The notes beneath the pieces were generated by a model. It saw only the letters and a program-made list of their open reading frames with translations, was not told where the DNA came from and did not search any database. This document shows, piece after piece, positions 36,275-44,425 of a stretch of 64,000 bases of DNA. Position numbers and translations under genes: made by a program. The DNA is taken from positions 3,957 to 67,956 of the forward strand of contig JAZQWA010000075.1 of NCBI GenBank assembly GCA_045632065.1, read 5' to 3'. Every line of letters begins with the position of its first letter. The first letter of the stretch is position 1. Source of the stretch: Eubacteriales bacterium (GTDB lineage: Bacteria; Bacillota; Clostridia; Oscillospirales; CAG-272).

Positions 36275-36843
36275 AGCTGTATCTTTCAATCATAGGCATT
36301 TCAATGGCGATAATATCCGCTGTGAATATACTGCTTGAGACTGCCTCGTGGTATTATATAATTATAGCGGTGGTTTGGTGTACTGCGCTTCAATTTGCTC
36401 TTGACGGCGCTATTGCTATTATCATAAACAAAATGCCTGACAGGTGGTTTGGCATAGATAATCCGTTTTATGAGGTTTCAGATAGAGAAAGAGAGTTATA
36501 CAAGATACTGAAGGTAAGGCTGTGGAAGGATAAGGTGTGGGAACTTGGTGGTCTTGGTGGATTCAGTAAGAGAAAACTCAACGAGCCGAACAATCCTGAA
36601 TACATTGAAAAGTTCATTATTGAATGTAACAAGGGCGTGCTTACGCACAGACTTGCATATCCTATCGGCTTTTTGGCGATGCTCACATTGCCAAATGCTT
36701 GCGCGATTACAATAGCGCTCCCTGTTGCCATTGTAAATTTGTTTTTATGTATCCTGCCGACACTTGCTCTTCGATATAACACTCCTATGCTTAAGTCAGT
36801 GCTAAAAAGACTAAAAAAACGAAAATTAAGTGAAATTTCATAG
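36271..36843 (+). CDS. membrane protein, possibly glycosyl-4,4'-diaponeurosporenoate acyltransferase-like
   Basis: ATGA overlap with the upstream acyltransferase. It has two N-terminal and two C-terminal TM helices flanking RLWKDKVWELGG.. and HRLAYP segments. The family resemblance is from memory only. Confidence 0.4.
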   Translation: MKLYLSIIGISMAIISAVNILLETASWYYIIIAVVWCTALQFALDGAIAIIINKMPDRWFGIDNPFYEVSDRERELYKILKVRLWKDKVWELGGLGGFSKRKLNEPNNPEYIEKFIIECNKGVLTHRLAYPIGFLAMLTLPNACAITIALPVAIVNLFLCILPTLALRYNTPMLKSVLKRLKKRKLSEIS

Positions 36844-36908
36844 CAGAATTCTAAAAGGCGACGCAATGAGTGTTGCCTTTTATGTTTTGCTATCTGGAAA
36901 ATAAAAAA

Positions 36909-36971
36909 ATGACAAGTATACTTGGCAGTAATATAATATGGCTTTGACAAGAAAACTTGTCATGATATAAA
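36909..36971 (+). promoter_or_regulatory. tandem promoters overlapped by two TGACAAG/CTTGTCA inverted repeats (operator candidates)
   Basis: IR1 is TGACAAGTATACTTGGCA (36910-36927), overlapping a -35-like ATGACA, with TATAAT at 36932-36937. IR2 is TGACAAGAAAACTTGTCA (36945-36962), overlapping TTGACA (36944-36949), with TATAAA at 36966-36971. Confidence 0.45.
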
Positions 36972-36987
36972 ACATACGAGGTTACTT

Positions 36988-37308
36988 ATGGAAAAAGAAA
37001 TCGTTTTAGAATTGAGCCGAAAGGAAAACGAAGGCAGACATGACGAAATGGAAAAGAATGCGTATGGCGGCGCTTCAAAGGTCGGAATGCTAGTAGGCGG
37101 CATTGTTTGCGTGGCGTTAGTTCTTTTGTCGGAATTTCTCTTTAAAATTCCTGAAATAGGACTTGCCGCATGGCTTGTTTATTTTGCTATGCAGGGGAGT
37201 CATTCTATTAGCCTGTATGCGCAGTTGAAAAAACATAGCAGGCTTATATATGGAATAGTTTATATTGCTTTTTCGTTCCTTTTTCTTGTTGCTTTATGTA
37301 TGATGTAG
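36988..37308 (+). CDS. small three-TM membrane protein (106 aa)
   Basis: GAGG RBS. Charged N-terminus followed by hydrophobic helices. Paired with the downstream 68-aa HTH protein. Confidence 0.6.
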   Translation: MEKEIVLELSRKENEGRHDEMEKNAYGGASKVGMLVGGIVCVALVLLSEFLFKIPEIGLAAWLVYFAMQGSHSISLYAQLKKHSRLIYGIVYIAFSFLFLVALCMM

Positions 37309-37321
37309 TTGGTGGAAGAAA

Positions 37322-37528
37322 ATGGATGAAAAGCTTGTGTTAAAAAACAATTTAAAGGCTATAAGATCAGAGAAAAACATCTCTCAGCACCAGCTTGCAG
37401 ATATGGTCGGCGTGTCAAGAAACACCATCAGCTCTATAGAAACAGGACAGTTTAATCCAACTGCAAAATTAGCTCTGATTTTGTGTATTGCGCTTGATAA
37501 AAGGTTTGAGGATGTGTTTTATTTTTAA
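37322..37528 (+). CDS. small XRE/Cro-type HTH transcriptional regulator (68 aa)
   Basis: NLKAIRSEKNISQHQLADMVGVSRNTISSIETGQFNPT is a canonical HTH_3 segment. Confidence 0.85.
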   Translation: MDEKLVLKNNLKAIRSEKNISQHQLADMVGVSRNTISSIETGQFNPTAKLALILCIALDKRFEDVFYF

Positions 37529-37563
37529 TTTGTGGCTTAAGAGAAAATTTAAAATGAATAATC

Positions 37564-37592
37564 TTGCACTTTATAAAACTATGTGATATAAT
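37564..37592 (+). promoter_or_regulatory. sigma-A type promoter of pepO
   Basis: TTGCAC (37564-37569), 17-nt spacer, then TATAAT (37587-37592) with an upstream TGTG. Confidence 0.5.
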
Positions 37593-37643
37593 GTTGTTTG
37601 ATCGAAAATCTTGCTTAGATATTAAGCATTTAAGGAGATAATT

Positions 37644-39542
37644 ATGGAAAATATTAGAATTCAAGACGATCTTTATATGTTCGTTAACCAGCAAAAACTT
37701 GAGGAGCTTGTTATTCCCGATGATAAGCCCGTTGCAGGCGGTTTTTCTGAGCTTGCAGACGGAGTAGAGAAGATTATGATGGACGAGTTTTCCACCATGT
37801 CCGAGAACAAGTCATATCCCAACGACTATCTTGCAAGAGCTTGCCAGCTTTATGCTATTGCAAAGGATGCTGACAGAAAGGGGGAGCAGGGCATCTCGCC
37901 CGCGCTTAAACGTCTTGCGCTTCTCAATGACATCAACGGTGTTGAGGATTTCGGCCGTCTTTACAAGACACTTTCATTGAATGGAATTCCTACTCCTATC
38001 AATATCGGCGTTGACACTGATATGAAGAACACAAAACAGCGTCTCGTATATATCCAGGGCGCAAGCGTGATTCTTCCCGACGCTTCCTATTACAAGCCTG
38101 AAATGGCTGCGCAGAAGGAGCAGATTATCGGCATCTGGACAAACGTTGCCAAGGCAGTTATGGCAAAGACTGATCTTACGCCCGAGCAGCAGGAGCAGTA
38201 CGTTAACGACGCGCTTGCATTCGACGAGATTCTCGGTGGACTTGTTAAGACAAGTGAGGAATGGTCGAGATACGTTGAAATGTACAATCCCATGGACGAA
38301 AAGGCTGTTGCAGAAATGCTTAAGCCTCTTGATTTTGATGTGGTGCTTAACGATTTGTTCGGCAAGCTTCCTGCTACTATTGTTGTAACAGAGCCTCGCT
38401 TCTTCGGTGAATTTGGTAAGGTGCTTAACGCTGAGACTCTTGAGCTTTACAAGCACTGGGTATACGTAACAGGTCTTCTTCACTCCTGCTCCTATCTTTC
38501 CGAGGAGCTTCGTGATCTCGGTGGCGCATATCACCGCGCTCTTACCGGCGTTGCTGTTATGCAGCCTATTGATAAATTTGCTTATAACCTTGCATCCGGT
38601 ATGTTCTCCGAGCCCGTAGGTATTTACTACGGTGAGAAGTACTTCGGCGAGGAAGCAAAGAAGGATATTACCGAGATCGTATATCAGATTATTGATACAT
38701 ACAAGTCCCGTATTAAGACTAACGAGATTCTTGGTGAGGAAACCAAGGAGAAGGCTATTCTTAAGCTCTCTAAGATGGGCGTAAAGATGGGCTATCCCGA
38801 CAAGTCAAGAGCAATTTACGAGAAGCTCGTATTTAATCCCGAGGATTCGCTCTTTGATATCGTTCTTTCTCTTAAGGCAATCAAGGAGCTCGACTCTCTT
38901 TCTAAGCTTGATATGCCTACTGAGCCCGAAAACTGGGCAATGCCCGGTCATATGGTAAATGCATGCTACGATCCCTTCGTAAATGACATTACATTCCCTG
39001 CGGCAATTCTTCAGGCACCCTTCTACTCCTTGAAGCAGACCAGAAGCGAGAACCTTGGTGGTATCGGTGCGGTTATCGGTCACGAGATTTCTCACGCATT
39101 CGACTCTAATGGTGCAAAGTGTGATGAAAACGGTAATATTAACAACTGGTGGACAGAGGATGACTTTAATAGATTTGAAGCAAAGGTTAACCAGATGATA
39201 GAGCAGTTTGACGGCATTGAGCTTCCTTGGGGTAAGGTTAACGGCGCATTCATCGTTAGCGAGAATATGGCTGACAACGGTGGAGTTGCAGTAACTCTCG
39301 ATATTATGTCGAGAACAGAGGGCGCATCCTACGAGGAGTACTTCTCCAACTGGGCAAGAGTTTGGTGTCAGAAGGCAAGACCTGAGTATTCTCAGCTTCT
39401 TCTTTCGGTTGACGTTCACGGTCCTTGTATGCTTCGTGCAAACATTACCCCCAGAAACTTCAGTGAGTGGTATTCAACCTTCGGTGTAGTTGATACCGAT
39501 AAGATGTATATTGCTCCCGAAAAGCGTATAGTTATTTGGTAA
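37644..39542 (+). CDS. pepO: M13 family metalloendopeptidase (PepO/neprilysin-like)
   Basis: Zinc motif VIGHEISHAFD, second ligand motif ENMADNGG, and C-terminal CxxW-like VVIW tail. Confidence 0.9.
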   Translation: MENIRIQDDLYMFVNQQKLEELVIPDDKPVAGGFSELADGVEKIMMDEFSTMSENKSYPNDYLARACQLYAIAKDADRKGEQGISPALKRLALLNDINGVEDFGRLYKTLSLNGIPTPINIGVDTDMKNTKQRLVYIQGASVILPDASYYKPEMAAQKEQIIGIWTNVAKAVMAKTDLTPEQQEQYVNDALAFDEILGGLVKTSEEWSRYVEMYNPMDEKAVAEMLKPLDFDVVLNDLFGKLPATIVVTEPRFFGEFGKVLNAETLELYKHWVYVTGLLHSCSYLSEELRDLGGAYHRALTGVAVMQPIDKFAYNLASGMFSEPVGIYYGEKYFGEEAKKDITEIVYQIIDTYKSRIKTNEILGEETKEKAILKLSKMGVKMGYPDKSRAIYEKLVFNPEDSLFDIVLSLKAIKELDSLSKLDMPTEPENWAMPGHMVNACYDPFVNDITFPAAILQAPFYSLKQTRSENLGGIGAVIGHEISHAFDSNGAKCDENGNINNWWTEDDFNRFEAKVNQMIEQFDGIELPWGKVNGAFIVSENMADNGGVAVTLDIMSRTEGASYEEYFSNWARVWCQKARPEYSQLLLSVDVHGPCMLRANITPRNFSEWYSTFGVVDTDKMYIAPEKRIVIW

Positions 39543-39572
39543 TAAAATATTTAATAAAATTTAAAAAAGTAC

Positions 39573-39601
39573 TTGATTTTTGCAAACAAGTATGATATAA
39601 T
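39573..39601 (+). promoter_or_regulatory. sigma-A type promoter of rpsT (about 100-nt leader)
   Basis: TTGATT (39573-39578), 17-nt spacer, TATAAT (39596-39601). Confidence 0.5.
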
Positions 39602-39704
39602 ACATCAGGTAAAAATGTGATTGTATGTAATGTTGTGTCGAAGGACCCTCTCAGCCTGAGATTTTGACAGAGCATAGGTCGCTTAAATTTAAAGGAGAAA
39701 TAAA

Positions 39705-39968
39705 ATGGCTAATATTAAGTCCGCAAAGAAGCGTATTCTTGTTAACCGTACCAAGGCACTCCAGAACCAGATGGTTAAGAGCCAGCTTAAGACTGTAATC
39801 AAGAAGTTCAGCGCTGCTGTTGAGGCAGGCGATAAGACCGCTGCTTCTGAACTTTACAGACTTGCTGTTAAGAAGGTAGACCAGGCAGTTGCTCACGGTA
39901 TCCTTCACAAGAACAACGCGGCTCACAAGAAGTCCGAGTTCACCAAGAAGTTCAACGCAATGGCATAA
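39705..39968 (+). CDS. rpsT: 30S ribosomal protein S20
   Basis: The MANIKSAKKRILVNRTKALQNQ start is typical of S20. AAAGGAG RBS. Confidence 0.95.
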   Translation: MANIKSAKKRILVNRTKALQNQMVKSQLKTVIKKFSAAVEAGDKTAASELYRLAVKKVDQAVAHGILHKNNAAHKKSEFTKKFNAMA

Positions 39969-39982
39969 TTGCAATATAATTA

Positions 39983-40011
39983 AGTCCGCCTTAACCCAGC
40001 GGACTTTTTTA
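39983..40011 (+). terminator. rho-independent terminator after rpsT
   Basis: AGTCCGC / GCGGACT stem followed by TTTTTT. Confidence 0.7.
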
Positions 40012-40114
40012 TTTTTGTGACTTGGTCACACTCGCCGAAATAAACTCTTGACTATTCTTTATTTATATGGTAATATTATTATAGAAATAAAAACTCCACG
40101 AAAGGAGAAAAAAT

Positions 40115-41341
40115 ATGTCAAATAGAAATTATGAGCATCTCAGCAAGGAAGTGTCTGATCGCATTAAGTATGATAGGGAAAACGGCACACGTCCTAATTT
40201 TGCTGCTGACGGCAGTAAAGCGCAGAGAAGAAATATGAGCTCAGACAAGGAGTCGGCTTGGCGTCCTGCGTATCTTCGTGACGTTGATAAGATTTTGCAC
40301 AGTCCTTATTACAATAGATATACCGATAAAACTCAGGTATTTTCATTCTACAAGAATGACGATATAACACGTCGTGCGCTTCACGTGCAGCTTGTTTCAC
40401 GTACCGCACGTACTCTTGGCGCAGTGCTTGGTCTTAATCTTGATCTTATTGAGGCGATAGCGCTTGGACACGATATTGGTCACACTCCCTTCGGTCACGC
40501 AGGCGAGAGATTTATCAGCGAGGTTTATCACGCTGAGACAGGCAGATATTTCAACCACAACGTTCACTCGGTAAGAGTGCTTGACGGCATTTTCGATCAT
40601 AACATCACCCTCGATACACTTGACGGTATTATCGGCCATAACGGTGAGTTCGAGATGGATGAGTACCGTCCCGCATTTTTGGATGGCTTCGATGCCTTTG
40701 ATAAGATGGTTGAGGGATGCTACGTTGATGAGGCTAATATTATTAAGATAATTCCTTCCACCCTTGAGGGATGCGTTGTGCGTGTATCCGATATTATTGC
40801 ATATCTTGGCAAGGACCGTCAGGATGCAGAGAGAGCAGGGCTTATCGACTCATCCCACGAGATCGGTGATGCAGGTATTGGTACTATCAACTCTGATATT
40901 ATGAATAACCTTATGGTTAATATTATCGAGAATAGCTACGGCAAGCCCTATATTAAGCTTGATGAGGAGCATTATCAGAGTCTCAGCAAGGCAAAACGCG
41001 ATAATTACGAACAGATTTACAAGAAGGATCACGTATCCCGCGTGCTTGACGATAGCGTAAAGCCTATGATGCAGAGAATGTATTATCAGTTACTTCACGA
41101 CCTTAAGACAGGGAAGAAGAGCTCGCCTATTTTCAAGCATCACGTTGATTTCGTAACCGCTAACCATTATGCGCACAGTATGCCTTATATGGAAAACGAG
41201 CCTAATCAGATTGTTGTTGACTATATCGCGTCAATGACAGACGATTATTGCACAGAGCTCTTTAAATTCTTGTTCCCCAAGAGCCCCATTGATATTCAAT
41301 ATCACGGATACTTTGAGGAGCTTGAGCCTCCGAAGCTTTAA
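40115..41341 (+). CDS. HD-domain dNTP triphosphohydrolase-like protein (dGTPase family)
   Basis: RALHVQLVSR..., HDIGHTPFGHAGE and DRQDA motifs are typical of dGTPase-like HD proteins. Confidence 0.8.
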   Translation: MSNRNYEHLSKEVSDRIKYDRENGTRPNFAADGSKAQRRNMSSDKESAWRPAYLRDVDKILHSPYYNRYTDKTQVFSFYKNDDITRRALHVQLVSRTARTLGAVLGLNLDLIEAIALGHDIGHTPFGHAGERFISEVYHAETGRYFNHNVHSVRVLDGIFDHNITLDTLDGIIGHNGEFEMDEYRPAFLDGFDAFDKMVEGCYVDEANIIKIIPSTLEGCVVRVSDIIAYLGKDRQDAERAGLIDSSHEIGDAGIGTINSDIMNNLMVNIIENSYGKPYIKLDEEHYQSLSKAKRDNYEQIYKKDHVSRVLDDSVKPMMQRMYYQLLHDLKTGKKSSPIFKHHVDFVTANHYAHSMPYMENEPNQIVVDYIASMTDDYCTELFKFLFPKSPIDIQYHGYFEELEPPKL

Positions 41342-41348
41342 TATAAAA

Positions 41349-41374
41349 AGGCGGATTTTGAATCCGCCTTTTTA
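41349..41374 (+). terminator. rho-independent terminator after the HD-domain gene
   Basis: AAGGCGGATT / AATCCGCCTT stem followed by TTT. Confidence 0.7.
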
Positions 41375-41383
41375 CTAATAATG

Positions 41384-41412
41384 AAAAAAGCAGTCCCAAA
41401 AGGACTGCTTTT
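41384..41412. terminator. bidirectional terminator (serves rpsR on the minus strand)
   Basis: AGCAGTCC-CAAAA-GGACTGCT flanked by an A-run and a T-run. Confidence 0.7.
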
Positions 41413-41417
41413 TATCA

Positions 41418-41663
41418 TTAGTTGGATATATAAGGAAGAAGCGCCATCTGACGTGCTCTCTTAATAGCAACGGTAAGCTGTCTCTGGTGAAGAGCGCAGT
41501 TGCCGCTAACACGTCTGGGGAGAATCTTTGCTCTCTCAGAGGTGAACTTTCTGAGCTTAGCTATATCCTTGTAATCAATCTCAGTAACCTTATCCTGACA
41601 GAAGATGCAAACCTTCTTTCTTCTGTGGTTCTGGTGGAATGCGGGACGCTGATTGTTTTCCAT
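41418..41663 (-). CDS. rpsR: 30S ribosomal protein S18
   Basis: CIFCQDK..IDYKD...[33 protein letters not shown]. Confidence 0.95.
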   Translation of the reverse strand: MENNQRPAFHQNHRRKKVCIFCQDKVTEIDYKDIAKLRKFTSERAKILPRRVSGNCALHQRQLTVAIKRARQMALLPYISN

Positions 41664-41752
41664 TATAGTTTATCAACCTTTCCGACTCACGATTTCTATG
41701 TTTCAACCGCCACAGTGAGCCAAGTGACAGTCGGACGATTCTGCTAACCTAA

Positions 41753-42211
41753 TTAGAAGGGAAGGCTCTCGTCTGTGGGAATTTCCTCAAAATCAGCACT
41801 TGCAGTGCTGTCAAACGAAGGATTGCCGTATGCTGCAGGAGTATAACCCTGAGTCTTAGGCTCACCGGAGTTCTGTGCAGAAGCAGCAGGAGCGCCGAAG
41901 CTAACCTCGTCAGCTACAACCTCAGTAACGTATCTCTTCTGTCCCTGATTGTCGGTCCAGTTTCTTGTCTGAAGGCTACCGCATACGATGATGCTGCTAC
42001 CTTTCTTGAAATAACGAGAAACAAATTCAGCCTGCTGTCTCCAGGAGACAATATTGATAAAATCTACAGACTGCTGACCTTGATCAGCCTTGGAATAACG
42101 ACGGTTTACACCGATAGAGAAGCTACAAACCGAAATACCACTTGTAGTTTGCTTAAGCTCAGGATCTGCCGTCATGTGGCCCATAAGAATGACCTTATTT
42201 AAATCTGCCAT
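41753..42211 (-). CDS. ssb: single-stranded DNA-binding protein
   Basis: OB-fold N-terminus MADLNKVILMGHMTADPELK, Gly/Pro/Gln-rich linker, and acidic tip DESLPF. Confidence 0.95.
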   Translation of the reverse strand: MADLNKVILMGHMTADPELKQTTSGISVCSFSIGVNRRYSKADQGQQSVDFINIVSWRQQAEFVSRYFKKGSSIIVCGSLQTRNWTDNQGQKRYVTEVVADEVSFGAPAASAQNSGEPKTQGYTPAAYGNPSFDSTASADFEEIPTDESLPF

Positions 42212-42273
42212 AGCTATATGACCATCCTTTCCTTTTTAATCTATGCAATTAAAAACTGCGAAAATTGCGAGAA

Positions 42274-42642
42274 TTATGCCTCAGTTGCTTCTGCAACTTC
42301 AGCGGACTCTGCAGGAACTACAACTTCCTCAGCTGCGGGAGCCTTCTTTGCAACCTTAATGGTTGTCATGTAACGGATAACACCTTCGGTGATACCGAAT
42401 ACACGGTCAAGCTCTACAGGGAAGCTGGGTTCGCTCTTGTAAGAAACAAGCACATAGTATCCCTCGGTTACATAGTTGATAGGATACGCAAGTTTGCGCT
42501 TGCCCCACTCGTTAACCTCAACGTCAGTGCCGTTGTCGTTAATGAGCTTTACGAACTTCTCAACGGTAGCCTTGGTATCTTCCTCAGAAGCATTACCACT
42601 AACAACAAAGAGAGTCTCGTAAGAACAAATCTTCTTTTCCAT
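42274..42642 (-). CDS. rpsF: 30S ribosomal protein S6
   Basis: YETLFVV......EE....VEKF..LI...G......WGKRKLAYPI pattern. First gene of rpsF-ssb-rpsR. Confidence 0.95.
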   Translation of the reverse strand: MEKKICSYETLFVVSGNASEEDTKATVEKFVKLINDNGTDVEVNEWGKRKLAYPINYVTEGYYVLVSYKSEPSFPVELDRVFGITEGVIRYMTTIKVAKKAPAAEEVVVPAESAEVAEATEA

Positions 42643-42721
42643 CTGAATTTTACCTCCTTTTGGTCTTTTGGCTGCCTTACGGCAACAAGGGGTTGGACAT
42701 ATTTGCCCAAACTACCAGAGT

Positions 42722-42750
42722 ATTATATCACAAGCATTTTCATTTGTCAA
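42722..42750 (-). promoter_or_regulatory. sigma-A type promoter of rpsF-ssb-rpsR
   Basis: On the minus strand: TTGACA (42750-42745), 17-nt spacer, TATAAT (42727-42722), with an upstream TGTG. It leaves a leader of about 70 nt. Confidence 0.55.
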
Positions 42751-42829
42751 TGCTTTTTTTTATAAAATATATATTTTATATTGATTTTTTTATAATCTTA
42801 TTGTATAATACTTGTTGGAGGTATGGCTC

Positions 42830-43672
42830 ATGGTAACAGAATTTGCAGATGCAAAAATAAATCTGTATCTCGACGTCGTTGGCGTCAGAGAAGACGGATT
42901 TCATAATATTAAAAGCGTTATGCATTCTATTTCGCTTTGTGATAAGCTTACCATCGAGGCTTTCTTATCCGATAAGACAGAGATAGAGATCGTACATGAT
43001 TCATCAGAGCTTTCTAATGATAAGGATAACCTTATTTATAAGTCTGCCTTGAAATATCTTGCCAAATATGGCTTGAATGCTCGCATTAAGATAACCTTGG
43101 AGAAGAATATTCCCATTGGCGCAGGACTTGGTGGCGGCTCCTCTGATGCCGCTGCAACGTTCCGCGGTCTTAACCGTATATTCAAATGCGCTGATAGAGA
43201 GGCATTACTCAAATTATCGGCCGAAATAGGCAGCGACGTTCCTTTTTGCCTTATTGGTGGAACAGCTATGTGCGAGGGTAGAGGAGAAATTCTAACTCCA
43301 TTGAATACCGACTTATATCATCATTTTGTTGTAGCTATTGGGGATAGCAGGGTTTCTACGCCTAAGGCATACCGAGACCTTGATGAAAGGTTTGATTACA
43401 ATTTCGCAAACAGAAGCAATAATGAACCCTATTTCAAAACATTGTACAATATTTTTGAAGAGGTAATAACTATACCTGAAATTGATGAAATAAAGGAAAT
43501 TATGATAAAAAGCGGGGCAGAAAAGACTCTTATGAGCGGAAGCGGCCCTTCTGTTTTTGGAATTTATGAAAACGAGGAGTCGGCTCGCTTTGCGGTCGAG
43601 TCTTTGCAAAAGCTTGGTTTTAGGGCTTATTACGCAACCTCTGTAGAAGTATCAAAGGTGGATTCTATATGA
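42830..43672 (+). CDS. ispE: 4-(cytidine 5'-diphospho)-2-C-methyl-D-erythritol kinase
   Basis: AKINLYLDV..R.DGFH and the GHMP kinase loop PIGAGLGGGSSDAAA. ATG 42830 lies 8 nt after GGAGG. Confidence 0.9.
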   Translation: MVTEFADAKINLYLDVVGVREDGFHNIKSVMHSISLCDKLTIEAFLSDKTEIEIVHDSSELSNDKDNLIYKSALKYLAKYGLNARIKITLEKNIPIGAGLGGGSSDAAATFRGLNRIFKCADREALLKLSAEIGSDVPFCLIGGTAMCEGRGEILTPLNTDLYHHFVVAIGDSRVSTPKAYRDLDERFDYNFANRSNNEPYFKTLYNIFEEVITIPEIDEIKEIMIKSGAEKTLMSGSGPSVFGIYENEESARFAVESLQKLGFRAYYATSVEVSKVDSI

Positions 43673-44418
43673 TTTATGACCTTATTGCGCCCTTTTATGA
43701 TTCGGTCAATTCACATATTGACTATAAGTCCTGGGCGGATTTTATTGAAAAAATATTTCAAAAAGAAATGAAGCAAAAGCCTGAGTTGGTGCTTGATTTA
43801 GGATGCGGAACAGGTAGAATGACTGTCGAGCTTTCAAGACGCGGCTATGACATGACGGGTATTGATTACTCTACCGAAATGCTTGGAATCGCCCGAGATG
43901 CAGCCGACGAGGAAGGGCAGGATATTTTATGGTTATGCCAGGATATGCGCGAATTTGAGCTTTATGGCACAGTTGATGCAGCGGTTTGCTGCCTTGATTG
44001 TATAAATCACCTTGAAAGTGAAGAAGACCTTCAAAAATGCTTCTCGCTTATTCACAATTATCTTATTCCTGACGGAATTTTTGTTTTTGATATAAATGCC
44101 AAGCACAAATTCGAAAATTATTACGGAAATAACACATACGTAATGGAAGAAAATGACGTATTTTGTGTTTGGGAAAACGAATACGATAAAAATGAAGAAA
44201 TTTGTGATTTCTATATAACCCTTTTTGAACAGGTTAATGGCGGAAAGTACGTCAGACATGAGGAAAATCAGCAAGAGCGTATGTTTACGCTTGAAAACGT
44301 AAAAAAATCCTTGGAAAAATGTAATTTAGAGTTTATCGGGGCTTATGATGACTTCGATTTTAATCCGGGAGACGACTCCTCGGACAGAATATATATTGTA
44401 GCAAAATGTAGAAAGTGA
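43669..44418 (+). CDS. class I SAM-dependent methyltransferase
   Basis: Motif I VLDLGCGTGRMT. ATGA overlap with ispE. Confidence 0.75.
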   Translation: MIYDLIAPFYDSVNSHIDYKSWADFIEKIFQKEMKQKPELVLDLGCGTGRMTVELSRRGYDMTGIDYSTEMLGIARDAADEEGQDILWLCQDMREFELYGTVDAAVCCLDCINHLESEEDLQKCFSLIHNYLIPDGIFVFDINAKHKFENYYGNNTYVMEENDVFCVWENEYDKNEEICDFYITLFEQVNGGKYVRHEENQQERMFTLENVKKSLEKCNLEFIGAYDDFDFNPGDDSSDRIYIVAKCRK

Positions 44419-44425
44419 AAATGTA

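Noticed and set aside
40115-41341. The HD-domain dGTPase-like gene considered as an anti-phage dNTP-depletion defence gene.
   Set aside because: It lies between rpsT and the rpsF-ssb-rpsR operon, with no mobile or defence neighbours. That context fits the housekeeping dGTPase-like paralogue common in Firmicutes. The sequence alone cannot separate the two roles.
11623-42750. The recurrent motif TGTGATATAAT seen upstream of ruvC, the GNAT gene, the XRE-TM gene, pepO and rpsF, considered as a dispersed repeat element.
   Set aside because: In every case it sits 17 nt downstream of a TTGACA-like hexamer. It is simply the extended -10 promoter consensus of this organism.
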